This document shows, in pieces, positions 38,720-48,105 of a DNA stretch of 64,000 nucleotides. The first letter of the stretch is position 1. Every line of letters starts with the position of its first letter. The translations under genes were made by a program, and so were the position numbers. The notes under the pieces are model-generated. The model was not told where the DNA came from. It did no database searches and worked only from the letters and a program-made list of their open reading frames with translations. Source of the stretch: Myxococcota bacterium (GTDB lineage Bacteria; Myxococcota_A; SURF-8; G963663525); contig CAXXVK010000067.1 in the NCBI GenBank assembly GCA_963676915.2, positions 32,001 to 96,000 on the forward strand. The letters run 5' to 3'.

Positions 38720-38748
38720 AATTTACTTAACTTGCGTCGGGCTGTCAA
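38720..38748 (-). promoter_or_regulatory. Sigma70-type promoter of the XRE gene
   Basis: Minus strand TTGACA-17 bp-TAAATT, overlapped by tandem TTAAGTAA boxes. Confidence 0.6.
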
Positions 38749-39045
38749 GGTTTCTCATGGGCTGCAACAGTCCTCATGACGGGATGAAAAATCCATAGGC
38801 TGTTATATAACCGAAAACGTTAACCATTTTCGAATCTTGATGATTTCTGTCACACCATTTTTTTTCGAAATTTTCTTTCCCGTCCGGCAGCCAAAACCAC
38901 GACACCCTTGGACTAGATGATTCTCAATCGCATCCATATCGCATCCATAGTGCTGGAGGGGTGAAACGTTACCCTGTCGATCAATTACAATAAATACACA
39001 ATGTTTTCAGGGGACGTCTTTTCTTTGCGGGTGTGGAAAGAAAAC

Positions 39046-39148
39046 TTGACATACGTTGCGTTGTCAATTTTGAGGTCTATCTAACTGCTTGATTGTACGT
39101 GGTTTTTTTGCGTCGTTGATTTTTTGTGATTTTGGCCCGTTTCCTGCA
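39046..39148 (+). promoter_or_regulatory. Sigma54 promoter with candidate IHF site and upstream palindrome
   Basis: TTGGCCCGTTTCCTGCA (GG-N10-GC, 39132-39148); TAACTGCTTGATT (IHF consensus, 39082-39094); TTGACA-N10-TGTCAA (39046-39067). Confidence 0.6.
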
Positions 39149-39235
39149 GTTTTACAAAAGCAACCGAGCTCGAAGGTTTAGAGGAAAGAAAACATGTCAC
39201 ATTTTAAGACCATACAGGAAAAAGGAGTACCGATC

Positions 39236-41587
39236 ATGATTCGAAAAAGCTGGATCATCCTGTCTTGTCTGTCTTTGCTGTTCTCTCTTGGTTGTCTGGA
39301 GGAAGACAGCTCGCAAGACGGCATTTTCCTGGGAGAACCCTCCCAAAGCGAATGCAAATCCCAAGACGACCAGTTGGTGCTTAAAGCGCTGGCCGATGAT
39401 GCCGATCCTTCCGAGGCTGGAAGCTCCGACTTTTACATCGGAGCGCTCGACTATCGCACCGAAGGCACCGAGGTAACGGTCTATCATTTCGATAGCCTGC
39501 AAAACTGCTCGGCTGAAATGGCTTTCAACATGGAGCGCCGGGGTCAGGAAATCACACTGACCGAGATCAACACCTCCAGCGAAGACAGCCGCTGCACCTG
39601 CCGCATGGATCTGGAAGTCACTCTTCACAATCTCACCGATGGCGAAACCTATTTCATCGAGGTTTATAATGAGGATCATTCCACCTTTTACGGCCGTTTG
39701 ACTGTGGAAGTGGGCGAGCCTTGCACGCTGGAATGCGTCGAGCCGGAGGATTGCTGGAATCTCGATATCGCCATCCCGGATTGCATCGGTGACTGGGCTT
39801 GCATCGAAAATACTTGCCAGTGGCATTGTGAGCAGGATTGGGAATGCGCCTCGGATAGCGACTGCCCCGAAGGCATGTTCTGCGACTACGTCTACCCGAC
39901 CGACGTGGAACCGTTCTGCGACGAAGAAGGTGATTGCTGGGATCCGACCACCGGCACCCCCAATCCCGGCGTAGGTTTCTGCGCCTCCGGTGGCGATGAA
40001 TGCCGCACCGATGCCGATTGCTACACGAACCCCAATGTTCCCCAACCCGACTGCGAAGGCTACTTCGTCTGCAACACGGGCTACTGCGATTTCATCAGCG
40101 AGCAATGGTACGAGTGCTTCGACGATGCCGACTGCCCTGAAGGTTACTTCTGCGCCGTCTACCCGATGGCGGATGACGAGGGAATGTATGACCTCGACGA
40201 AAACGGTGGAATGCCGTATCCCATGGGTGGCGAATGCATGCCCTACCAGGAAGAATGCACGTCCAACGCCGATTGCTGGGAATATTTGGAAAACGGCGAA
40301 CTGATTTTGGACGATTGTGAAGGCAACCTTGCCTGCATCAATGGGATGTGTGTCTGGGAATGCACCCAGCCCGATGAATGCCGCACCGATGATGATTGCT
40401 GGGAACTTTTCGAGACGGGCGAGCTTGGAATCCCGGAATGTGAAGGCTACTTCCTTTGCATGGAAAACATGTGCCAGTGGGAGTGCTATGGTGGGGATGA
40501 TTGCCGTTCCAACGCCGATTGCCCGGAAGGCATGATCTGTGAATTCGGACCGGAAGGTTACGGCCAGTGTGTTCCGAACGAAGAACCGATGATCTGCTTC
40601 GACGATCTCGACTGCCCGACGGGCTACTTCTGCGAGATCAATTGGGACGAGACCGGACATTGGAATGATCTGGACAGCAACGGTGCACGCTGCGGTGGAG
40701 CCGAGCGCTGCATCCCCGAGGGAATCTGCCAGCCCATCGAAACACCGGAAGAGTGCTGGTCTGATGCCGATTGCCCTGACGGCATGATCTGCGAACTTCC
40801 CGTGTTCGAAGGCGAAGAAGTCTGTGTAGAGTTGGATGACGGTTCTGTGGAATGCTACGGAAATTCCGATACTTGCTGGATGGACGAAAACGGCGAAGTG
40901 TTCTGCGAAGAACCGCCTTTCCCCGGTGTTTGCGTGGCTTTCAATGAGCCCGAGCCGGAATGCTATGTGGATGAGGACTGCCCCGAAGGAATGATCTGTG
41001 ACTTCGTGAATGTTTACCCCGAAGAAGACTGCATCGTGCTGGATGACGGTACGGAAGAATGCTTCCCGGTTCCTGGTTACGTGGGTGGTGTGTGCATCCC
41101 GGCCCCGAATACGGAATGCAGCGACGATGCCGATTGCCCCGAAGGTATGGTTTGTTTCCTCGTGCGTACCCCTGCCGACCCTGACTACCCCTGCGATGCC
41201 GATGATCCCGCCAACTGCGAAGAATTCGTGACGGGTATCTGCGAATACCCATCGGTTCCTCCTGAGTTTTGTATGACCGATGCCGACTGCGGTGCGGACT
41301 ATGTCTGCGAAGTGATGGGTGAAGAAGAAATTTGCATCGAACTGGATGACGGTACGATCGAATGCACGACCGATCCTTCCACCGGCATGTGTTGGGTTGA
41401 CGAAGCTGGGAATGAATTCTGTGAATCCTATGGCATTTGCAGGCCCGCCGCTCCTACGCCCGAACCCTACCTTCCCTGCGAGGCGGACGACGACTGCCCC
41501 CAAGGCACGTTCTGCGCAGCCGTAGATTGCGTGGATGATCCTGATGCTGATTGCTTTGGCGGAAATATCTGTCTCCCCCTCGATTAA
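39236..41587 (+). CDS. Highly acidic Cys-rich repeat lipoprotein
   Basis: RBS AAGGAG; lipobox SLGC; N-terminal beta domain; 13 C-x-x-x-x-D-C modules (e.g. ECxxDxDCPEGxxC). Confidence 0.85.
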   Translation: MIRKSWIILSCLSLLFSLGCLEEDSSQDGIFLGEPSQSECKSQDDQLVLKALADDADPSEAGSSDFYIGALDYRTEGTEVTVYHFDSLQNCSAEMAFNMERRGQEITLTEINTSSEDSRCTCRMDLEVTLHNLTDGETYFIEVYNEDHSTFYGRLTVEVGEPCTLECVEPEDCWNLDIAIPDCIGDWACIENTCQWHCEQDWECASDSDCPEGMFCDYVYPTDVEPFCDEEGDCWDPTTGTPNPGVGFCASGGDECRTDADCYTNPNVPQPDCEGYFVCNTGYCDFISEQWYECFDDADCPEGYFCAVYPMADDEGMYDLDENGGMPYPMGGECMPYQEECTSNADCWEYLENGELILDDCEGNLACINGMCVWECTQPDECRTDDDCWELFETGELGIPECEGYFLCMENMCQWECYGGDDCRSNADCPEGMICEFGPEGYGQCVPNEEPMICFDDLDCPTGYFCEINWDETGHWNDLDSNGARCGGAERCIPEGICQPIETPEECWSDADCPDGMICELPVFEGEEVCVELDDGSVECYGNSDTCWMDENGEVFCEEPPFPGVCVAFNEPEPECYVDEDCPEGMICDFVNVYPEEDCIVLDDGTEECFPVPGYVGGVCIPAPNTECSDDADCPEGMVCFLVRTPADPDYPCDADDPANCEEFVTGICEYPSVPPEFCMTDADCGADYVCEVMGEEEICIELDDGTIECTTDPSTGMCWVDEAGNEFCESYGICRPAAPTPEPYLPCEADDDCPQGTFCAAVDCVDDPDADCFGGNICLPLD

Positions 41588-41610
41588 TCCCTTCCCGCCC
41601 CTTGCGTCCT

Positions 41611-41641
41611 GCCCCGGTTTTTCGACCGGGGCATTTTATTT
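41611..41641 (+). terminator. Rho-independent terminator
   Basis: Stem GCCCCGGT/ACCGGGGC followed by ATTTTATTT. Confidence 0.8.
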
Positions 41642-41811
41642 TGAAAGAAATGCATTTTGGAAAAAGATGGCAAAAGATCGAAAATACGGTTGAAAATCCT
41701 GCTTTTTCCGTTTATTCTAGATGTTATATAGTCTCCTGCCAAACAAGCGAATGGGAAAGGAGGGCTTTTCGCTTCGCGTTTTACTCACCCGAAATCGAAA
41801 GGAGCCTCATC

Positions 41812-42291
41812 ATGCGTTGTTCAAGTCGACGTGGGGTGCCGGTCGGGTTGCTATTCGTGTTGTTGATACTGACCACTGTTTTTTCTCTCGCCTACGCCGC
41901 CACACGGTACAAGATCACCGAGCCGGTTGAAAACGAACCCGTCGTCATCGACCAGGACACGGGCCTTCAATGGGCGCTTACCTTCGCCGCGAAAAAAAGT
42001 TGGCAAGAAGCTAACGCCTATTGCGAAAAGCTTGAGTACGGGGGCGCCGATGACTGGCGTTTGCCGACCAAGTACGATCTGATGGGTTTGATCGGCGAGC
42101 CGGGGAATTTTCCGGTAACCGAGTTTCCCAAAATGCCTGAAAAAGTTTTTTGGTCCGATACACCCAAAGAAGACAGTGAAAAGCACGCTTTTTACGTGGA
42201 TTTCTACAACGGGTTCATCGACTTCGACTACAAAGGCAATCGCTACTACGCTCGGTGTCTGCGTGGAGAAGAAGACCTCGATTTTGATTGA
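41812..42291 (+). CDS. DUF1566 (Lcl C-terminal) domain exported protein
   Basis: Signal peptide ending AYA; DxxTGLQW, WQEANAYC, DDWRLPT, FWS, ARCLR; RBS AAGGAG. Confidence 0.88.
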   Translation: MRCSSRRGVPVGLLFVLLILTTVFSLAYAATRYKITEPVENEPVVIDQDTGLQWALTFAAKKSWQEANAYCEKLEYGGADDWRLPTKYDLMGLIGEPGNFPVTEFPKMPEKVFWSDTPKEDSEKHAFYVDFYNGFIDFDYKGNRYYARCLRGEEDLDFD

Positions 42292-42419
42292 GGCATGAAA
42301 AGAACGGTCACCGGGGACGTTAAGCACGTTCCCGCCCCGGTAAGCCGGGAAACAAGTGGACGGGAATTCGCTTGTTACCGGGTTGATTTATTCGGAAACC
42401 ATAGGGGGATTCTTACGGG

Positions 42420-43058
42420 TCAACTGTTTTCGTTTTCCTCGAACACGTCCCGTATATTGGTGCGTGTGAGATACCACACGATTCCTGCGTGTAACACTGC
42501 AAATAGCAGGACGATAGCCGTCCATCCAAGGTATAGATTTCGTTCAAGATTTCCCGTTTCGGCCATTCTCGAAGCGCCCATAGCTTTAGCAAATTCAACC
42601 GTTAACCGTCCGAATCCAGGGATCATCAGGTAGCCGTACAGCGCCGCAAAAAGCGTTGCTGCGATGATAAATCCGATTTCCAGCTTTCTTCCCCAGTCTT
42701 TTCGCTTGAACATCCCCACTGCCGCCGCCAACGCCACGATGGCGAACAGAAAATTCGCGGTTCGGTAGACTCCCGGCATGGGTACCAGGCTTTTCACTGA
42801 TTCCATCAATTCTTCGATCCGTTCCAATAGCTCCGGGGATTGTCGAAACGTCGCAACGGCGTCTTTCTGCTCCGGGGTCAGTTCTCCTTCCACTCGCTCC
42901 AGCATTTCGGACAGGCTTTCGTCTGCGTGGTCGGACGAAAACCACGTTCCCATCTCCGAAGCGATGCCCACCACGCCGATAACCGCCCCGAACAGTGCAA
43001 GAAGGAACAAACCCATCGGCATGGGACGAGGACGTGAGGATTTTGGTGAAGATGGCAT
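42420..43058 (-). CDS. Hypothetical 4-TM membrane protein
   Basis: Four hydrophobic helices, GMFKRKDWGR and YLTR..IR..F patterns; start uncertain. Confidence 0.7.
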   Translation of the reverse strand: MPSSPKSSRPRPMPMGLFLLALFGAVIGVVGIASEMGTWFSSDHADESLSEMLERVEGELTPEQKDAVATFRQSPELLERIEELMESVKSLVPMPGVYRTANFLFAIVALAAAVGMFKRKDWGRKLEIGFIIAATLFAALYGYLMIPGFGRLTVEFAKAMGASRMAETGNLERNLYLGWTAIVLLFAVLHAGIVWYLTRTNIRDVFEENENS

Positions 43059-43254
43059 GATCTGACCCGATTGTAGAAAAAACGCAACCGAGTATAGCAC
43101 TTCGATTCGGGAAAACGAAGTCTCTATTGTTCAGAGAAAGTCTTTCTTTTTCAAAAAGATTCAGAACTTGACACATTTCGTTGCTGGGTGGAAGATGACC
43201 GGAATTTGTAGGAAAAAACCAGATCGGTAGATTGTGCATCTCGGAGGCAGTTCG

Positions 43255-44961
43255 ATGAATTCCGCGTGGTTTTTGACGTTTGCAAGTGCCTGGTTTTTGT
43301 TGGCGTATTTCGTATATGGTCGTTGGTTGTCCCGAAAAGTGTTTCGGCTGGATGATAAACGAACCACACCAGCGTGTGAAATCGACGATGGGAAGGATTA
43401 CGTCCCAACCGATGCCAAGGTTGTTATGGGGCATCATTTCACGTCCATTGCGGGAGCGGGGCCGATTGTCGGACCGGCGATTGCCGTAATCTGGGGATGG
43501 ATGCCCGCAGCGGTCTGGATCATTGTAGGTTCGGTGGTTGCCGGAGCGGTTCACGATTTCGGGGCGATGGTTCTAAGTTTGCGGTATGAGGGGAGAAATA
43601 TCGGTTCGATTGCCGGAAACGTAGTATCTCCCGGTGCTCGAAGCGTTTTTTTGCTGATTATCGTGTTTTTGCTCTGGTTGGTAATCGCTGTATTCGCCTT
43701 GGTGATCGGCATCCTGTTCAAAATGTTTCCCGCTTCGGTTCTTCCCACCTGGTCCGTGATGTTTGTGGCCGTCGCTTTCGGGCTTGCCTATCGGAAAACC
43801 GGGCGTCTGGCCTTGACCGGCAGCGTAGCGACTCTCGTATTTATCGGATTGATTCTGCTCGGTACGCGGGTTCCCCTGTCCATGCCAAATCTTTTCGGTG
43901 TGGATAGCCTCATTTGGTGGGCGATCCTGCTGTTTTCATACTGTTATGTGGCTTCCATTCTGCCGGTGCAGTGGCTTTTACAGCCACGCGATTACATCAA
44001 TTCCCACGTGCTGTATCTGGTTATGGTGTTGTTGGCGGTAGCGATTTTCAACGCCGCTCCGGATATCAACGTACCTGTATATGTAAAAAAACCGGCTGGC
44101 GCGCCTCCGCTTTTCCCGGTTTTGTTCATTACGGTGGCCTGTGGAGCGATTTCGGGGTTTCATTCGCTGGTCTCTTCCGGGACGAGTTCCAAACAACTCC
44201 AAAAGGAATCCTCTTCGCAACTTGTCGGCTACGGATCGATGTTGCTCGAAGGCTTATTGGCTCTGCTCGTTATCGTGGCTTGTACGGCGGGAATCGAAAT
44301 GGGGATCGTCGGGAAAGACGGCGAAATTCTCCAAGGGATGGCGGCATTTTCCCATCATTATGCCGACTGGAATTCCGCTTCGGGACTTGGCGCGAAGGTT
44401 GGGGCGTTTATCGACGGTTCCGGGAACCTGCTGGCGGGAATCGGGCTGCCGTTGGCTTTCGCGAAAACGATTGTTGCCGTTACGGTCGTGGCGTTTGCGG
44501 CAACGACTCTGGACACAGCCACGCGACTTCAGCGGTACGCACTGAATGAATTGGGGCAGGATTTTCGCATCAAACCGTTGACCGGTATCCATTTGCCGAC
44601 GTTTCTGGCCGTCGCCAGCGCTGCGGCGCTTTGTTTTTCGCAAGGTGGCGCAAAAGGCGGGATGGTGCTCTGGCCGGTCTTTGGAACGACCAATCAGCTT
44701 CTGGCCTTGCTGGGGTTGGCGGTTTTGAGCGTCTATCTTTATCGTATCAAGAAAGCGGTCTGGTATACCCTCGTTCCTGCCATTGCCATGACGGGAATCG
44801 TTACAAGTGCGATCGTCATGAATCTTATCCAGTTCGTCCAGAGCGGACGCTGGTTTCTCTTTTCCGTACAAATTGTGCTTTTGTTGCTCGAAGCGGCATT
44901 GTTGTTCGAAGTCGTTCGTTTTTGGCTCAAAGAACGAAAAGCACTTGTATCCAGTCGCTAA
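43255..44961 (+). CDS. cstA: Carbon starvation protein A (peptide/pyruvate transporter)
   Basis: DGKDYVP, GHHFTSIAGAGPIVGP, LLQPRDYIN, ACGAISGFH, TTLDTATR, FGTTNQLL. Confidence 0.96.
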   Translation: MNSAWFLTFASAWFLLAYFVYGRWLSRKVFRLDDKRTTPACEIDDGKDYVPTDAKVVMGHHFTSIAGAGPIVGPAIAVIWGWMPAAVWIIVGSVVAGAVHDFGAMVLSLRYEGRNIGSIAGNVVSPGARSVFLLIIVFLLWLVIAVFALVIGILFKMFPASVLPTWSVMFVAVAFGLAYRKTGRLALTGSVATLVFIGLILLGTRVPLSMPNLFGVDSLIWWAILLFSYCYVASILPVQWLLQPRDYINSHVLYLVMVLLAVAIFNAAPDINVPVYVKKPAGAPPLFPVLFITVACGAISGFHSLVSSGTSSKQLQKESSSQLVGYGSMLLEGLLALLVIVACTAGIEMGIVGKDGEILQGMAAFSHHYADWNSASGLGAKVGAFIDGSGNLLAGIGLPLAFAKTIVAVTVVAFAATTLDTATRLQRYALNELGQDFRIKPLTGIHLPTFLAVASAAALCFSQGGAKGGMVLWPVFGTTNQLLALLGLAVLSVYLYRIKKAVWYTLVPAIAMTGIVTSAIVMNLIQFVQSGRWFLFSVQIVLLLLEAALLFEVVRFWLKERKALVSSR

Positions 44962-46634
44962 GGCTTCACCTTCTTTGAAGAAGAAAGCTGTTTTTTCAGT
45001 ACTTGAACTAGCTCCTGTACAGCCTGCTTGGCGTTTTCCGATAACTGTTGTTCCGGTTCGAGGTTGATGGAAATCCGAACGGTTCCTTGGAGAACATACA
45101 GGTATTTCTTTCGAGGGTGTGTGAAAAGGGAAAGCGAAAGTTTCTCTTTTCCATCGAGAGAAACCAAATCGACGGTTCCATTGGTAGAAGACTGCTCGAT
45201 GTTTTCCACGCGATAGGCCTCGTTGAAACGTTGACCTTTCAAAATCGATAAATTCAGCGCCTCGGGGAAGGGTTCGAGAAACGCCGTAATGGGTGCAAGC
45301 TTCAAATCCGGATCGATGACCTTTTGGAACGAACGAGGAATTTTGGCGTCTACGGCAAATTGGGCAATACTTTGGCGTAGTTCCTCGAAAGGGTGTTGTG
45401 AGTAGCTTCGTTTCGCTTCATCCAACGCCAGAATAAGGACCATTCGCAATACATAGGCGTTGAAATGGACGAAATCGAGATGGCGGCTCAAATCCTCATT
45501 GATCGTTGCATCCCCCTTGAAATGGTTTGCAAAAGCGGAAACCAATAAGTCTTCCCTAGGGAAGCTTTGTAGCAACGATGTCAGATTCAGGAACTTTGCC
45601 TCATGGTCGATCAGCACCTTTTCGACAGTGTTTATCAGAGGTGTCAGAGGATTCGGTTGCACACGATAATTGTATGGGAAAATCACGAAGACGGCTGGAA
45701 CGTCGTGCCGTTTCAATAATTCGATGCTTTGTCCCAAGGCATCGAGATTTTCGCGGAATTCCTTGGTTTCGGATAGGGCCGTATAAAAAGGCTCCACCTC
45801 TTTGAAATCGAAATTAGCCTGTTCCCCGAGATGCCGGATCAAAGTGTCACGGTGTTTTTTTACCCAGGGATGATTGCTTTCAAGAAAAAGGGGAAGCCTG
45901 CCTTCTTGTAGCATTTCTTCTGAAACAGAAGTCGCCCAAGAATAGCGATGACGACCTTGGCCGAGATCGAGTTCCAACTCCCAAGGACCGAAATCGTTAA
46001 GGCAGATTCCGACGAGTACGAAATCGGGTTTGGGGGATTGTTCTAGTAATTCTTTGAGAATGCACTGTTCATCGACCTGGTTGTATCCTCCAAGGGAGGT
46101 ATCGGTTACGAGACCCGAGGTGTTGCTTCTTTGCATTCCCATGAACAATGCGGAACCCAGGGCCATCGTTGAAACCGAATCCCCGATGATGGCGCCATGA
46201 AATCCTTCTCCCGTTCCATGGCGGTACCGAATCCAGCCGTTTTCATCTCTTCCTTCGATGGGTTTGTAGCGAAATCGTGGACAATCGCCGAATGTCATCT
46301 TTTGTTCCAGTTCGCTCGGTCCACCACGAAGAGGAATCCATCTCTGGATGCGGTCGCTCAAGGATTCGAGATCGAAAATCGCCAAGGTTGCACTGCCGAT
46401 TGCAACCGGAAGCAGTCCTGCCGTACATCCAAGAAGCCAGCGTAAGGATTTCTTAGGCTTTTTCTCGATAAACCACCATAGAACGGCAGGAAATACAAGC
46501 AATAAGCCGAGTTGAAACCAGGCCGAGCCTTCGGACCAACTGAGAATTTCCACAAAAAGGACCAAAACCGTCAGGAGAACCCAGACGAGGTCGGTTTTCC
46601 GTGTCAACGGAATGGATGCATCGGTTGATTTCAA
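44958..46634 (-). CDS. Membrane-anchored SGNH/GDSL hydrolase-like protein
   Basis: Three N-terminal TMs; IIGDS, GGYN, CLND, DFVHFN; probable TTG start with GGGAG RBS (ORF open to 46715). Confidence 0.6.
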   Translation of the reverse strand: MKSTDASIPLTRKTDLVWVLLTVLVLFVEILSWSEGSAWFQLGLLLVFPAVLWWFIEKKPKKSLRWLLGCTAGLLPVAIGSATLAIFDLESLSDRIQRWIPLRGGPSELEQKMTFGDCPRFRYKPIEGRDENGWIRYRHGTGEGFHGAIIGDSVSTMALGSALFMGMQRSNTSGLVTDTSLGGYNQVDEQCILKELLEQSPKPDFVLVGICLNDFGPWELELDLGQGRHRYSWATSVSEEMLQEGRLPLFLESNHPWVKKHRDTLIRHLGEQANFDFKEVEPFYTALSETKEFRENLDALGQSIELLKRHDVPAVFVIFPYNYRVQPNPLTPLINTVEKVLIDHEAKFLNLTSLLQSFPREDLLVSAFANHFKGDATINEDLSRHLDFVHFNAYVLRMVLILALDEAKRSYSQHPFEELRQSIAQFAVDAKIPRSFQKVIDPDLKLAPITAFLEPFPEALNLSILKGQRFNEAYRVENIEQSSTNGTVDLVSLDGKEKLSLSLFTHPRKKYLYVLQGTVRISINLEPEQQLSENAKQAVQELVQVLKKQLSSSKKVKP

Positions 46635-47030
46635 GTGAGACTCCCAAAATCGATGACGTATGCAGCGAAGAAAAAAGGCGAGGACTTGAATCCCCGCCTT
46701 TTTGTCATTCTGCAAAGATTTTACAAAAACGCGATGGATACCGCAACAAAGGAACCATAAAAAGATAGAGCAGAAGGGAGTTTACGGCTTTTCGCGCTGT
46801 TGACGTGACAAAAAAGAGGGGTGGGCGAAAAAAAAAACGATTTCAGATTCGATTTCGATAAAAGGCAGAGAGGCTTTTTTTCGTTTTTTCTTTGTGATGA
46901 AACGTTGGTAAAAGGAGTTGAAATATCAATAAAATTCACGCATTGGATTCGAAAAATGAATTACTGCTGCCGACGGAGGAGGTAGTCTTTGATCGCGGTT
47001 ACTCTCTGGAGCTTGCCAAAGTTGGCTGTT

Positions 47031-47053
47031 TTGACATATAGTATCTTATATGC
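47031..47053 (+). promoter_or_regulatory. -35 TTGACA overlapped by the palindrome CATATA-N6-TATATG (candidate repressor operator)
   Basis: Sequence TTGACATATAGTATCTTATATGC; no good -10 element seen. Confidence 0.35.
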
Positions 47054-47058
47054 AGGAT

Positions 47059-47318
47059 GACGAATCCTGTTTCCGCGTTCCCAATTGAACGCATGGGGGA
47101 ATTCCAGTAGAGGTCGGTTCGATCCGCTGAAACCGGAACATTCATGAGGGCGTAAGCAGACTCTTCATGGAGTTTCCGGTTTGGTGCCGCTGGACAGAGA
47201 TTCCGTCGCCTTCGGGTGTTCGTCGAAGTATCCAGGCTGGAGCGTACGAGCCGGTTTTTCCACAACGATATCGATTTGTCAGGCGAATACGGATGTTCGG
47301 ATCGGCGTTGTGGTTTTT
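47059..47318 (+). ncRNA. Candidate structured leader RNA, family unassigned
   Basis: Several long stems, a GTAA and a C(TTCG)G tetraloop, a GGTTCGATCC T-loop-like motif, and a final stem followed by T5. Confidence 0.35.
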
Positions 47319-47369
47319 CATAACCAAGCCCATTGTCCTAATGGCTTGCGGAAAGAAAGGAGGAATGCA

Positions 47370-47912
47370 ATGGAGAGGATTCAGCACTCATTGGGGATGG
47401 AACGAGATCGGAAAGATGTTCTCGATATCATTATGAAACGGCGTTCCATTCGGAAATTCACAGGTGAACCTGTGCATGAGGAGGATCTTGTCACGTTGCT
47501 CAAAGCTGGGATGTCGGCTCCTTCTTCGAACAATCGACGTCCGTGGCGTTACCTTGTGGTTACCGATCCGCAAAAAATACGCAAAATCAGTCAGGCCCAT
47601 CCGTATGCACGATTTGCTGCGAAGGCGGGGGCAATTATCATCCCGTTCGGTGTTCCCGATCGTCGGCACTATTTTTTCCAGGATTTCGGTGCGAGCGTAG
47701 AAAACATTTTGATTGCTGCTGCCGGAATTGGCTTGGGAGCGACATGGTGCGGTATGAATCGTGAACGTCAGATGTTGTTGCGTTCCATCACCGGATTGCC
47801 CGAAAGGTACTGGCTTTTTGCCGTGATTCCGGTGGGATATCCCCGAGAAGGCAAACCACCAAGGACGCAATACGACGAGGCGAAAGTCTATTGGAATCGT
47901 TATGGGAAATAG
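47370..47912 (+). CDS. Nitroreductase family protein
   Basis: RBS AAGGAGG; RRSIRKF, APSSNNRRPW, ENILIAA..GLGATW, PVGYP. Confidence 0.92.
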   Translation: MERIQHSLGMERDRKDVLDIIMKRRSIRKFTGEPVHEEDLVTLLKAGMSAPSSNNRRPWRYLVVTDPQKIRKISQAHPYARFAAKAGAIIIPFGVPDRRHYFFQDFGASVENILIAAAGIGLGATWCGMNRERQMLLRSITGLPERYWLFAVIPVGYPREGKPPRTQYDEAKVYWNRYGK

Positions 47913-47939
47913 ATAACAGGATTTTTCCAGTAGTATTCA

Positions 47940-47969
47940 GCCGGACCTTTGATGGGCCCGGTTTTTTTT
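47940..47969 (+). terminator. Probable Rho-independent terminator
   Basis: GCCGGACC/GGCCCGGT stem followed by a T run. Confidence 0.6.
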
Positions 47970-48105
47970 CGTCTTCAAAGAGGATATTCTTATTGGATTC
48001 ATGAATAGTTTCGCTTCCTTCTTTGAAATACTTGTGTTTAATATTGTAAGTTGTTATAATAAAGATATGCTTAATTTTATTAAATTAGCTAAAAGAATGT
48101 AAAAA

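Noticed and set aside
38927-38948. Tandem 11-bp repeat ATCGCATCCAT x2
   Set aside because: Only two copies and no linked feature; may be a slippage duplication
39197-41503. 768-aa minus-strand ORF
   Set aside because: Antisense shadow of the Cys-rich lipoprotein, which has the RBS, lipobox and terminator
47113-47128. tRNA gene suggested by GGTTCGATCC
   Set aside because: No acceptor stem, D-arm or anticodon arm at the proper spacing
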